From contig JBHGNT010000165.1 of NCBI GenBank assembly GCA_043228905.1, forward strand, positions 1 through 62,397: a DNA stretch of 62,397 nucleotides, read 5' to 3'. This DNA is from Azolla caroliniana. Lineage: Eukaryota > Plantae > Polypodiophyta. The notes below the pieces were generated by a model. The model saw only the letters and a program-made list of their open reading frames with translations. It was not told the origin of the DNA and did no database searches. Both the position numbers and the translations under genes were made by a program. Positions within the stretch are counted from its first letter, which is position 1; each line of letters begins with the position of its first letter. This document shows positions 27,001 through 41,000 of this stretch, one piece after another.

Positions 27001-29738
27001 GGTAATCTCATCATGTCTCTCGACCTGAGTTTCAAAATCTTGATTTTTTTTTCCATATCATAGCTAGCACTGTTAGCTTCGATTCGCATGTTTGAACACA
27101 AAAATCCGATCTCACACGAGCCAGGTATGAACATTTTAATTTACTCAAGGGCTTCTCTCAACTCACTCCTCAAATTTGGTAATCTCATCATGGCTCTCGA
27201 CCTGAGTTTCAAAATCTTGATTTTTTAATTCCATATCATAGCTAGCGTTGTTAGCTTCGATTTGCATGTTTGAACACAAAAATCCGATATCACACGAGCC
27301 AGGTATGAACATTTTAATTTACTCAAGGGCTTCTCTCAACTCACTCCTCAAATTTGGTAATCTCATCATGTCTCTCGACCTGAGTTTCAAAATCTTGATT
27401 TTCTAATTCCATATCATAGCTAGCGTTGTTAGCTTCGATTCGCATGTTTGAACACAAAAATCCGATATCACACGAGCCAGGTATGAACATTTTAATTTAA
27501 CTCATAGCTCTTCTTAACTCACTCCTCAAATTTGGTATTTTCGTCATGTCTCTCGACCTGAGTTTCAAAATCTTGATTTTCTAATTCCATATCATAGCTA
27601 GTGTTGTTAGCTTCGATTCGCATGTTTGAACACAAAAATCAGATATCACACGAGCCAGGTATGAACATTTTGATTTACCTCATAGCTCTTCTCAACTCAC
27701 TCCTCAAATTTGGTAATTTCGTCATGGCTCTCGACCTGAGTTTCAAAATCTTGATTTTTTAATTCCATATCATAGCTAGCGTTGTTAGCTTCGATTCGCA
27801 TGTTTGAACACAAAAATCCGATATCACACGAGCTAGGTATGAACATTTTAATTTACTCAAGGGCTTCTCTCAACTCACTCCTCAAATTTGGTAATCTCAT
27901 CATGTCTCTCGACCTCAGTTTCAAAATCTTGATTTTCTAATTCCATATCATAGCTAGCGTTGTTAGCTTCGATTCACATGTTTGAACACAAAAATCCGAT
28001 ATCACACGAGCCAGGTATGAACATTTTAATTTACTGAAGGGCTTCTCTCAACTCACTCCTCAAATTTGGTAATCTCATCATGTCTCTCGACCTGAGTTTC
28101 AAAATCTTGATTTTTTAATTCCATATCATAGCTAGCGTTGTTAGCTTCGATTCGCATGTTTGAACACAAAAATCCGATATCACACGAGCCAGGTATGAAC
28201 ATTTTAATTTAACTCATAGCTCTTCTTAACTCACTCCTCAAATTTGGTATTTTCGTCATGTCTCTCGACCTGAGTTTCAAAATCTTGATTTTCTAATTCC
28301 ATATCATAGCTAGCGTTGTTAGCTTCGATCCGCATGTTTGAACACAAAAATCCGATATCACACGAGCCAGGTATGAACATTTTAATTTACTCAAGGCCTT
28401 CTCTCAACTCACTCCTCAAATTTGGTAATCTCATCATGTCTCTCGAGCTGAGTTTCAAAATCTTGATTTTTGAATTCCATATCATAGCTAGCGTAGTTAG
28501 CTTCGATTCGCATGTTTGAACACAAAAATCCGATATCACACGAGCCAGGTATGAACATTTTAATTTACTCAAGGGCTTCTCTCAACTCACTCCTCAAATT
28601 TGGTAATTTCGTCATGTCTAGCGACCTGAGTTTCAAAATCTTGATTTTTTAATTCCATATCATAGCTAGCGTTGTTAGCTTCGATTCGCATGTTTGAACA
28701 CAAAAATCCGATATCACACGAGCCAGGTATGAACATTTTAATTTACTCAAGGGCTTCTCTCAACTCACTCCTCAAATTTGGTAATCTCATCATGTCTCTC
28801 GACCTGAGTTTCAAAATCTTGATTTTCTAATTCCATATCATAGCTAGTGTTGTTAGCTTCGATTCGCATGTTTGAACACAAAAATCCGATATGACACGAG
28901 CCAGGTATGAACATTTTAATTTACTCAAGGGCTTCTCTCAACTCACTCCTCAAATTTGGTAATCTCATCATGTCTCTCGACCTGAGTTTCAAAATCTTGA
29001 TTTTTTAATTCCATATCATAGCTAGCGTTGTTAGCTTCGATTCGCATGTTTGAACACAAAAATCCGATATCACACGAGCTAGGTATGAACATTTTAATTT
29101 ACTCAAGGGCTTCTCTCAACTCACTCCTCAAATTTGGTAATCTCATCATGTCTCTCGACCTCAGTTTCAAAATCTTGATTTTCTAATTCCATATCATAGC
29201 TAGCGTTGTTAGCTTCGATTCGCATGTTTGAACACAAAAATCCGATATCACACGAGCCAGGTATGAACATTTTAATTTACTCAAGGGCTTCTCTCAACTC
29301 ACTCCTCAAATTTGGTAATCTCATCATGTCTCTCGACCTGAGTTTCAAAATCTTGATTTTTTAATTCCATATCATAGCTAGCGTTGTTAGCTTCGATTCG
29401 CATGTTTGAACACAAAAATCCGATATCACACGAGCTAGGTATGAACATTTTAATTTACTCAAGGGCTTCTCTCAACTCACTCCTCAAATTTGGTAATCTC
29501 ATCATGTCTCTCGACCTCAGTTTCAAAATCTTGATTTTCTAATTCCATATCATAGCTAGCGTTGTTAGCTTCGATTCGCATGTTTGAACACAAAAATCCG
29601 ATATCACACGAGCTAGGTATGAACATTTTAATTTACTCAAGGGCTTCTCTCAACTCACTCCTCAAATTTGGTAATCTCATCATGTCTCTCGACCTCAGTT
29701 TCAAAATCTTGATTTTCTAATTCCATATCATAGCTAGC
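9064..29738 (+). repeat. Tandem duplication of a ~58-59-monomer block (copy 1 about 9064-19360; copy 2 about 19362-29738)
   Basis: Rare markers are shared at consistent offsets: tgtaagc (9501/19799), ccacgt+aattctctc (about 10620/21096), ctcattgc (about 13136/23587), gacctggg (about 14613/25064), and the 1-bp T-tract deletion (about 16600/27050). Offsets are 10298, then 10476, then 10451. Confidence 0.92.
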
Positions 29739-32039
29739 ATTGTTAGCTTTGATTCGCATGTTTGAACACAAAAATCCGATATCACACGAGCCAGGTATGA
29801 ACATTTTGATTTACCTCATAGCTCTTCTCAACTCACTCCTCAAATTTGGTAATTTCGTCATGGCTCTCGACCTGAGTTTCAAAATCTTGATTTTTTAATT
29901 CCATATCATAGCTAGCGTTGTTAGCTTGGATTCGCATGTTTGAACACAAAAATCCGATATCACACGAGCCAGGTATGAACATTTTAATTTACTCAAGGGC
30001 TTCTCTCAACTCACTCCTCAAATTTGGTAATCTCATCATGTCTCTCGACCTGAGTTTCAAAATCTTGATTTTTTAATTCCATATCATAGCTAGCATTGTT
30101 AGCTTCGATTCGCATGTTTGAACACAAAAATCCGATATCACACGAGCCAGGTATGAACATTTTAATTTAACTCATAGCTCTTCTTAACTCACTCCTCAAA
30201 TTTGGTATTTTCGTCATGTCTCTCGACCTGAGTTTCAAAATCTTGTTTTTCTAATTCCATATCATAGCTAGCGTTGTTAGCTTCGATTCGCATGTTTGAA
30301 CACAAAAATCCGATATCACACGAGCCAGGTATGAACATTTTAATTTACTCAAGGAATTCTCTCAACTCACTCCTCAAATTTGGTAATCTCATCATGTCTC
30401 TCGACCTGAGTTTCAAAATCTTGATTTTTTAATTCCATATCATAGCTAGCGTTGTTAGCTTCGATTCGCATGTTTGAACACAAAAATCCGATATCACACG
30501 AGCCAGGTATGAACATTTTAATTTACTCAAGGGCTTCTCTCAACTCACTCCTCAAATTTGGTAATCTCATCATGTCTCTGGACCTGAGTTTCAAAATCTT
30601 GATTTTTTAATTCCATATCATAGCTAGCGTAGTTAGCTTCGATTCGCATGTTTGAACACAAAAATCCGATATCACACGAGCCAGGTATGAACATTTTAAT
30701 TTACTCAAGGGCTTCTCTCAACTCACTCCTCAAATTTGGTAATCTCATCATGTCTCTCGACCTTAGTTTCAAAATCTTGATTTTCTAATTCCATATCATA
30801 GCTAGTGTTGTTAGCTTCGATTCGCATGTTTGAACACAAAAATCCGATATCACACGAGCCAGGTATGAACATTTTAATTTACTCAAGGGCTTCTCTCAAC
30901 TCACTCCTCAAATTTGGTAATCTCATCATGTCTCTCGACCTGAGTTTCAAAATCTTGATTTTTTAATTCCATATCATAGCTAGCGTTGTTAGCTTCGATT
31001 CGCATGTTTGAACTCAAAAATCCGATATCACACGAGCCAGGTATGAACATTTTAATTTAACTCATAGCTCTTCTTAACTCACTCCTCAAATTTGGTATTC
31101 TCGTCATGTCTCTCGACCTGAGTTTCAAAATCTTGATTTTCTAAATCTATATCATAGCTAGTGTTGTTAGCTTCGATTCGCATGTTTGAACACAAAAATC
31201 CGATATCACACGAGCCAGGTATGAACATTTTAATTTACTCAAGGGCTTCTCTCAACTCACTCCTCAAATTTGGTAATTTCGTCATGTCTCGCGACCTGCG
31301 TTTCAAAATCTTGATTTTTTAACTCCATATCATAGCTAGCATTGTTAGCTTCGATTCACATGTTTGAACACAAAAATCCGATATCACACGAGCCAGGTAT
31401 GAACATTTTAATTTACTCAAGGGCTTCTCTCAACTCACTCCTCAAATTTGGTAATTTCGTCATGTCTCGCGACCTGAGTTTCAAAATCTTGATTTTTTAA
31501 TTCCATATCATAGCTAGCGTTGTTAGCTTCGATTCGCATGTTTGAACACAAAAATCCGATATCACACGAGCCAGGTATGAACATTTTAATTTACTCAAGG
31601 GCTTCTCTCAACTCACTCCTCAAATTTGGTAATCTCATCATGTCTCTCGACCTGAGTTTCAAAATCTTGATTTTCTAATTCCATATCATAGCTAGTGTTG
31701 TTAGCTTCGATTCGCATGTTTGAACACAAAAATCCGATATCACACGAGCCAGGTATGAACATTTTAATTTACTCAAGGGCTTCTCTCAACTCACTCCTCA
31801 AATTTGGTAATCTCATCATGTCTCTCGACCTGAGTTTCAAAATCTTGATTTTTTAATTCCATATCATAGCTAGCGTTGTTAGCTTCGATTCGCATGTTTG
31901 AACACAAAAATCCGATATCACACGAGCCAGGTATAAACATTTTAATTTACTCAAGGGCTTCTCTCAACTCACTCCTCAAATTTGGTAATCTCATCATGTC
32001 TCTCGACCTGAGTTTCAAAATCTTGATTTTTTAATTCCA

Positions 32040-35000
32040 TATCATAGCTAGCACTGTTAGCTTCGATTCGCATGTTTGAACACAAAAATCCGATCTCACA
32101 CGAGCCAGGTATGAACATTTTAATTTACTCAAGGGCTTCTCTCAACTCACTCCTCAAATTTGGTAATCTCATCATGTCTCTCGACCTGAGTTTCAAAATC
32201 TTGATTTTTTCAATCCATATCATAGCTAGCGTTGTTAGCTTCGATTCGCATGTTTGAACACAAAAATCTGATATCACACGAGCCAGGTATGAACATTTTA
32301 ATTTACTCAAGGGCTTCTCTCAACTCACTCCTCAAATTTGGTAATTTCGTCATGTCTCGCGACCTGAGTTTCAAAATCTTGATTTTTTAACTCCATATCA
32401 TAGCTAGCATTGTTAGCTTCGATTCGCATGTTTGAACACAAAAATCCGATATCACACGAGCCAGGTATGAACATTTTAATTTACGCAAGGGCTTCTCTCA
32501 ACTCACTCCTCAAATTTGGTAATTTCGTCATGTCTCGCGCATTGTTAGCTTCGATTCGCATGTTTGAACACAAAAATCCGATCTCACACGAGCCAGGTAT
32601 GAACATTTTAATTTACTCAAGGGCTTCTCTCAACTCACTCCTCAAATTTGGTAATCTCATCATGTCTCTCGACCTGAGTTTCAAAATCTTGATTTTTTAA
32701 TTCCATATCATAGCTAGCGTTGTTAGCTTCGATTCGCATGTTTGAACACAAAAATCCGATATGACACGAGCCAGGTATGAACATTTTAATTTACTGAAGG
32801 GCTTCTCTCAACTCACTCCTCAAATTTGGTAATCTCATCATGTCTCTCGACCTGAGTTTCAAAATCTTGATTTTTTAATTCCATATCATAGCTAGTGTTG
32901 TTTGCTTCGATTCGCATGTTTGAACACAAAAATCCGATATCACACGAGCCAGGTATGAACATTTTAATTTACTCAAGGGCTTCTCTCAACTCACTCCTCA
33001 AATTTGGTAATTTCGTCATGTCTCGCGACCTGCGTTTCAAAATCTTGATTTTTTAACTCCATATCATAGCTAGCATTGTTAGCTTCGATTCGCATGTTTG
33101 AACACAAAAATCCGATATCACACGAGCCAGGTATGAACATTTTAATTTACTCAAGGGCTTCTCTCAACTCACTCCTCAAATTTGGTAATTTCGTCATGTC
33201 TCGCGACCTGAGTTTCAAAATCTTGATTTTTTAATTCCATATCATAGCTAGCGTTGTTAGCTTCGATTCGCATGTTTGAACACAAAAATCCGATATCACA
33301 CGAGCCAGGTATGAACATTTTAATTTACTCAAGGGCTTCTCTCAACTCACTCCTCAAATTTGGTAATCTCATCATGTCTCTCGACCTGAGTTTCAAAATC
33401 TTGATTTTTTAACTCCATATCATAGCTAGCATTGTTAGCTTTGATTCGCATGTTTGAACACAAAAATCCGATATCACACGAGCCAGGTATGAACATTTTG
33501 ATTTACCTCATAGCTCTTCTCAACTCACTCCTCAAATTTGGTAATTTCGTCATGGCTCTCGACCTGAGTTTCAAAATCTTGATTTTTTAATTCCATATCA
33601 TAGCTAGCATTGTTAGCTTCGATTCGCATGTTTGAACACAAAAATCCGATATCACACGAGCCAGGTATGAACATTTTAATTTACGCAAGGGCTTCTCTCA
33701 ACTCACTCCTCAAATTTGGTAATCTCATCATGTCTCTCGACCTGAGTTTCAAAATCTTGATTTTCTAATTCTATATCATAGCTAGTGTTGTTAGCTTCGA
33801 TTCGCATGTTTGAACACAAAAATCCGATATCACACGAGCCAGGTATGAACATTTTAATTTACTCAAGGGCTTCTCTCAACTCACTCCTCAAATTTGGTAA
33901 TTTCGTCATGTCTCACGACCTGAGTTTCAAAATCTTGAATTTTTTACTCCATATCATAGCTAGCATTGTTAGCTTCGATTCACATGTTTGAACACAAAAA
34001 TCCGATATCACACGAGCCAGGTATGAACATTTTAATTTACTCAAGGGCTTCTCTCAACTCACTCCTCAAATTTGGTAATTTCGTCATGTCTCGCGACCTG
34101 AGTTTCAAAATCTGGATTTTTTAATTCCATATCATAGCTAGCGTTGTTAGCTTCGATTCGCATGTTTGAACACAAAAATCCGATATCACACGAGCCAGGT
34201 ATAAACATTTTAATTTACTCAAGGGCTTCTCTCAACTCACTCCTCAAATTTGGTAATCTCATCATGTCTCTCGACCTGAGTTTCAAAATCTTGATTTTTT
34301 AATTCCATATCATAGCTAGCACTGTTAGCTTCGATTCGCATGTTTGAACACAAAAATCCGATCTCACACGAGCCAGGTATGAACATTTTAATTTACTCAA
34401 GGGCTTCTCTCAACTCACTCCTCAAATTTGGTAATCTCATCATGTCTCTCGACCTGAGTTTCAAAATCTTGATTTTTTCAATCCATATCATAGCTAGCGT
34501 TGTTAGCTTCGATTCGCATGTTTGAACACAAAAATCTGATATCACACGAGCCAGGTATGAACATTTTAATTTACTCAAGGGCTTCTCTCAACTCACTCCT
34601 CAAATTTGGTAATTTCGTCATGTCTCGCGACCTGAGTTTCAAAATCTTGATTTTTTAACTCCATATCATAGCTAGCATTGTTAGCTTCGATTCGCATGTT
34701 TGAACACAAAAATCCGATATCACACGAGCCAGGTATGAACATTTTAATTTACGCAAGGGCTTCTCTCAACTCACTCCTCAAATTTGGTAATTTCGTCATG
34801 TCTCGCGCATTGTTAGCTTCGATTCGCATGTTTGAACACAAAAATCCGATCTCACACGAGCCAGGTATGAACATTTTAATTTACTCAAGGGCTTCTCTCA
34901 ACTCACTCCTCAAATTTGGTAATCTCATCATGTCTCTCGACCTGAGTTTCAAAATCTTGATTTTTTAATTCCATATCATAGCTAGCGTTGTTAGCTTCGA

Positions 35001-38000
35001 TTCGCATGTTTGAACACAAAAATCCGATATCACACGAGCCAGGTATGAACATTTTAATTTACTGAAGGGCTTCTCTCAACTCACTCCTCAAATTTGGTAA
35101 TCTCATCATGTGTCTCGACCTGAGTTTCAAAATCTTGATTTTTTAATTCCATATCCTAGCTAGCGTTGTTAGCTTCGATTCGCATGTTTGAACTCAAAAA
35201 TCCGATATCACACGAGCCAGGTATGAACATTTTAATTTAACTCATAGCTCTTCTTAACTCACTCCTCAAATTTCGTATTTTCGTCATGTCTCTCGACCTG
35301 AGTTTCAAAATCTTGATTTTCTAATTCTATATCATAGCTAGTGTTGTTAGCTTCGATTCGCATGTTTGAACACAAAATTCCGATATCACACGAGCCAGGT
35401 ATGAACATTTTAATTTACTCAAGGGCTTCTCTCAACTCACTCCTCAAATTTGGTAATTTCATCATGTCTCGCGACCTGCGTTTCAAAATCTTGATTTTTT
35501 AACTCCATATCAAAGCTAGCATTGTTAGCTTCGATTCACATGTTTGAACACAAAAATCCGATATCACACGAGCCAGGTATGAACATTTTAATTTACTCAA
35601 GGGCTCCTCTCAACTCACTCCTCAAATTTGGTAATTTCGTCATGTCTCGCGACCTGAGTTTCGAAATCTTGATTTTTTAATTCCATATCATAGCTAGCGT
35701 TGTTTGCTTCGATTCGCATGTTTGAACACAAAAATCCGATATCACACGAGCCAGGTATGAACATTTTGATTTACCTTATAGCTCTTCTCAACTCACTCCT
35801 CAAATTTGGTAATCTCATCATGTCTCTTGACCTGAGTTTCAAAATCTTGATTTTTTAACTCCATATCATAGCTAGCATTGTTAGCTTTGATTCGCATGTT
35901 TGAACACAAAAATCCGATATCACACGAGCCAGGTATGAACATTTTGATTTACCTCATAGCTCTTCTCAACTCACTCCTCAAATTTGGTAATTTCGTCATG
36001 GCTCTCGACCTGAGTTTCAAAATCTTGATTTTTTAATTCCATATCATAGCTAGCGTTGTTAGCTTGGATTCGCATGTTTGAACACAAAAATCCGATATCA
36101 CACGAGCCAGGTATGAACATTTTAATTTACTCAAGGGCTTCTCTCAACTCACTCCTCAAATTTGGTAATCTCATCATGTCTCTCGACCTGAGTTTCAAAA
36201 TCTTGATTTTTTAATTCCATATCATAGCTAGCATTGTTAGCTTCGATTCGCATGTTTGAACACAAAAATCCGATATCACACGAGCCAGGTATGAACATTT
36301 TAATTTAACTCATAGCTCTTCTTAACTCACTCCTCAAATTTGGTATTTTCGTCATGTCTCTCGACCTGAGTTTCAAAATCTTGTTTTTCTAATTCCATAT
36401 CATAGCTAGCGTTGTTAGCTTCGATTCGCATGTTTGAACACAAAAATCCGATATCACACGAGCCAGGTATGAACATTTTAATTTACTCAAGGAATTCTCT
36501 CAACTCACTCCTCAAATTTGGTAATCTCATCATGTCTCTCGACCTGAGTTTCAAAATCTTGATTTTTTAATTCCATATCATAGCTAGCGTTGTTAGCTTC
36601 GATTCGCATGTTTGAACACAAAAATCCGATATCACACGAGCCAGGTATGAACATTTTAATTTACTCAAGGGCTTCTCTCAACTCACTCCTCAAATTTGGT
36701 AATCTCATCATGTCTCTCGACCTGAGTTTCAAAATCTTGATTTTTTAATTCCATATCATAGCTAGCACTGTTAGCTTCGATTCGCATGTTTGAACACAAA
36801 AATCCGATATCACACGAGCCAGGTATGAACATTTTAATTTACTCAAGGGCTTCTCTCAACTCACTCCTCAAATTTGGTAATCTCATCATGTCTCTCGACC
36901 TGAGTTTCAAAATCTTGATTTTTTAATTCCATATCATAGCTAGCGTTGTTAGCTTCGATTCGCATGTTTGAACACAAAAATCCGATATCACACGAGCTAG
37001 GTATGAACATTTTAATTTACTCAAGGGCTTCTCTCAACTCACTCCTCAAATTTGGTAATCTCATCATGTCTCTCGACATGAGTTTCAAAATCTTGATTTT
37101 CTAATTCTATATCATAGCTAGCGTTGTTAGCTTCGATTCGCATGTTTGAACACAAAAATCCGATATCACACGAGCCAGGTATGAACATTTTAATTTACTC
37201 AAGGGCTTCTCTCAACTCACTCCTCAAATTTGGTAATTTCGTCATGTCTAGCGACCTGAGTTTCAAAATCTTGATTTTTTAATTCCATATCATAGCTAGC
37301 GTTGTTAGCTTCGATTCGCATGTTTGAACACAAAAATCCGATATCACACGAGCCAGGTATGAACATTTTAATTTACTCAAGGGCTTCTCTCAACTCACTC
37401 CTCAAATTTGGTAATCTCATCATGTCTCTCGACCTGAGTTTCAAAATCTTGATTTTTTAATTCCATATCATAGCTAGCACTGTTAGCTTCGATTCGCATG
37501 TTTGAACACAAAAATCCGATCTCACACGAGCCAGGTATGAACATTTTAATTTACTCAAGGGCTTCTCTCAACTCACTCCTCAAATTTGGTAATCTCATCA
37601 TGTCTCTCGACCTGAGTTTCAAAATCTTGATTTTTTCAATCCATATCATAGCTAGCGTTGTTAGCTTCGATTCGCATGTTTGAACACAAAAATCTGATAT
37701 CACACGAGCCAGGTATGAACATTTTAATTTACTCAAGGGCTTCTCTCAACTCACTCCTCAAATTTGGTAATTTCGTCATGTCTCGCGACCTGAGTTTCAA
37801 AATCTTGATTTTTTAACTCCATATCATAGCTAGCATTGTTAGCTTCGATTCGCATGTTTGAACACAAAAATCCGATATCACACGAGCCAGGTATGAACAT
37901 TTTAATTTACGCAAGGGCTTCTCTCAACTCACTCCTCAAATTTGGTAATTTCGTCATGTCTCGCGCATTGTTAGCTTCGATTCGCATGTTTGAACACAAA

Positions 38001-41000
38001 AATCCGATCTCACACGAGCCAGGTATGAACATTTTAATTTACTCAAGGGCTTCTCTCAACTCACTCCTCAAATTTGGTAATCTCATCATGTCTCTCGACC
38101 TGAGTTTCAAAATCTTGATTTTTTAATTCCATATCATAGCTAGCGTTGTTAGCTTCGATTCGCATGTTTGAACACAAAAATCCGATATCACACGAGCCAG
38201 GTATGAACATTTTAATTTACTGAAGGGCTTCTCTCAACTCACTCCTCAAATTTGGTAATCTCATCATGTGTCTCGACCTGAGTTTCAAAATCTTGATTTT
38301 TTAATTCCATATCCTAGCTAGCGTTGTTAGCTTCGATTCGCATGTTTGAACTCAAAAATCCGATATCACACGAGCCAGGTATGAACATTTTAATTTAACT
38401 CATAGCTCTTCTTAACTCACTCCTCAAATTTCGTATTTTCGTCATGTCTCTCGACCTGAGTTTCAAAATCTTGATTTTCTAATTCTATATCATAGCTAGT
38501 GTTGTTAGCTTCGATTCGCATGTTTGAACACAAAATTCCGATATCACACGAGCCAGGTATGAACATTTTAATTTACTCAAGGGCTTCTCTCAACTCACTC
38601 CTCAAATTTGGTAATCTCATCATGTCTCTCGACCTGAGTTTCAAAATCTTGATTTTTTAATTCCATATCATAGCTAGCATTGTTAGCTTCGATTCGCATG
38701 TTTGAACACAAAAATCCGATATCACACGAGCCAGGTATGAACATTTTAATTTAACTCATAGCTCTTCTTAACTCACTCCTCAAATTTGGTATTTTCGTCA
38801 TGTCTCTCGACCTGAGTTTCAAAATCTTGTTTTTCTAATTCCATATCATAGCTAGCGTTGTTAGCTTCGATTCGCATGTTTGAACACAAAAATCCGATAT
38901 CACACGAGCCAGGTATGAACATTTTAATTTACTCAAGGAATTCTCTCAACTCACTCCTCAAATTTGGTAATCTCATCATGTCTCTCGACCTGAGTTTCAA
39001 AATCTTGATTTTTTAATTCCATATCATAGCTAGCGTTGTTAGCTTCGATTCGCATGTTTGAACACAAAAATCCGATATCACACGAGCCAGGTATGAACAT
39101 TTTAATTTACTCAAGGGCTTCTCTCAACTCACTCCTCAAATTTGGTAATCTCATCATGTCTCTCGACCTGAGTTTCAAAATCTTGATTTTTTAATTCCAT
39201 ATCATAGCTAGCACTGTTAGCTTCGATTCGCATGTTTGAACACAAAAATCCGATATCACACGAGCCAGGTATGAACATTTTAATTTACTCAAGGGCTTCT
39301 CTCAACTCACTCCTCAAATTTGGTAATCTCATCATGTCTCTCGACCTGAGTTTCAAAATCTTGATTTTTTAATTCCATATCATAGCTAGCGTTGTTAGCT
39401 TCGATTCGCATGTTTGAACACAAAAATCCGATATCACACGAGCTAGGTATGAACATTTTAATTTACTCAAGGGCTTCTCTCAACTCACTCCTCAAATTTG
39501 GTAATCTCATCATGTCTCTCGACATGAGTTTCAAAATCTTGATTTTCTAATTCTATATCATAGCTAGCGTTGTTAGCTTCGATTCGCATGTTTGAACACA
39601 AAAATCCGATATCACACGAGCCAGGTATGAACATTTTAATTTACTCAAGGGCTTCTCTCAACTCACTCCTCAAATTTGGTAATTTCGTCATGTCTAGCGA
39701 CCTGAGTTTCAAAATCTTGATTTTTTAATTCCATATCATAGCTAGCGTTGTTAGCTTCGATTCGCATGTTTGAACACAAAAATCCGATATCACACGAGCC
39801 AGGTATGAACATTTTAATTTACTCAAGGGCTTCTCTCAACTCACTCCTCAAATTTGGTAATCTCATCATGTCTCTCGACCTGAGTTTCAAAATCTTGATT
39901 TTTTAATTCCATATCATAGCTAGCACTGTTAGCTTCGATTCGCATGTTTGAACACAAAAATCCGATCTCACACGAGCCAGGTATGAACATTTTAATTTAC
40001 TCAAGGGCTTCTCTCAACTCACTCCTCAAATTTGGTAATCTCATCATGTCTCTCGACCTGAGTTTCAAAATCTTGATTTTTTCAATCCATATCATAGCTA
40101 GCGTTGTTAGCTTCGATTCGCATGTTTGAACACAAAAATCTGATATCACACGAGCCAGGTATGAACATTTTAATTTACTCAAGGGCTTCTCTCAACTCAC
40201 TCCTCAAATTTGGTAATTTCGTCATGTCTCGCGACCTGAGTTTCAAAATCTTGATTTTTTAACTCCATATCATAGCTAGCATTGTTAGCTTCGATTCGCA
40301 TGTTTGAACACAAAAATCCGATATCACACGAGCCAGGTATGAACATTTTAATTTACGCAAGGGCTTCTCTCAACTCACTCCTCAAATTTGGTAATTTCGT
40401 CATGTCTCGCGCATTGTTAGCTTCGATTCGCATGTTTGAACACAAAAATCCGATCTCACACGAGCCAGGTATGAACATTTTAATTTACTCAAGGGCTTCT
40501 CTCAACTCACTCCTCAAATTTGGTAATCTCATCATGTCTCTCGACCTGAGTTTCAAAATCTTGATTTTTTAATTCCATATCATAGCTAGCGTTGTTAGCT
40601 TCGATTCGCATGTTTGAACACAAAAATCCGATATCACACGAGCCAGGTATGAACATTTTAATTTACTGAAGGGCTTCTCTCAACTCACTCCTCAAATTTG
40701 GTAATCTCATCATGTGTCTCGACCTGAGTTTCAAAATCTTGATTTTTTAATTCCATATCCTAGCTAGCGTTGTTAGCTTCGATTCGCATGTTTGAACTCA
40801 AAAATCCGATATCACACGAGCCAGGTATGAACATTTTAATTTAACTCATAGCTCTTCTTAACTCACTCCTCAAATTTCGTATTTTCGTCATGTCTCTCGA
40901 CCTGAGTTTCAAAATCTTGATTTTCTAATTCTATATCATAGCTAGTGTTGTTAGCTTCGATTCGCATGTTTGAACACAAAATTCCGATATCACACGAGCC

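Noticed and set aside
32410-32700. 96-aa ORF with an internal repeat (five copies)
   Set aside because: By-product of the 46-bp deletion: a 132-bp unit is divisible by 3, so the frame reads through. There is no evidence of coding function.
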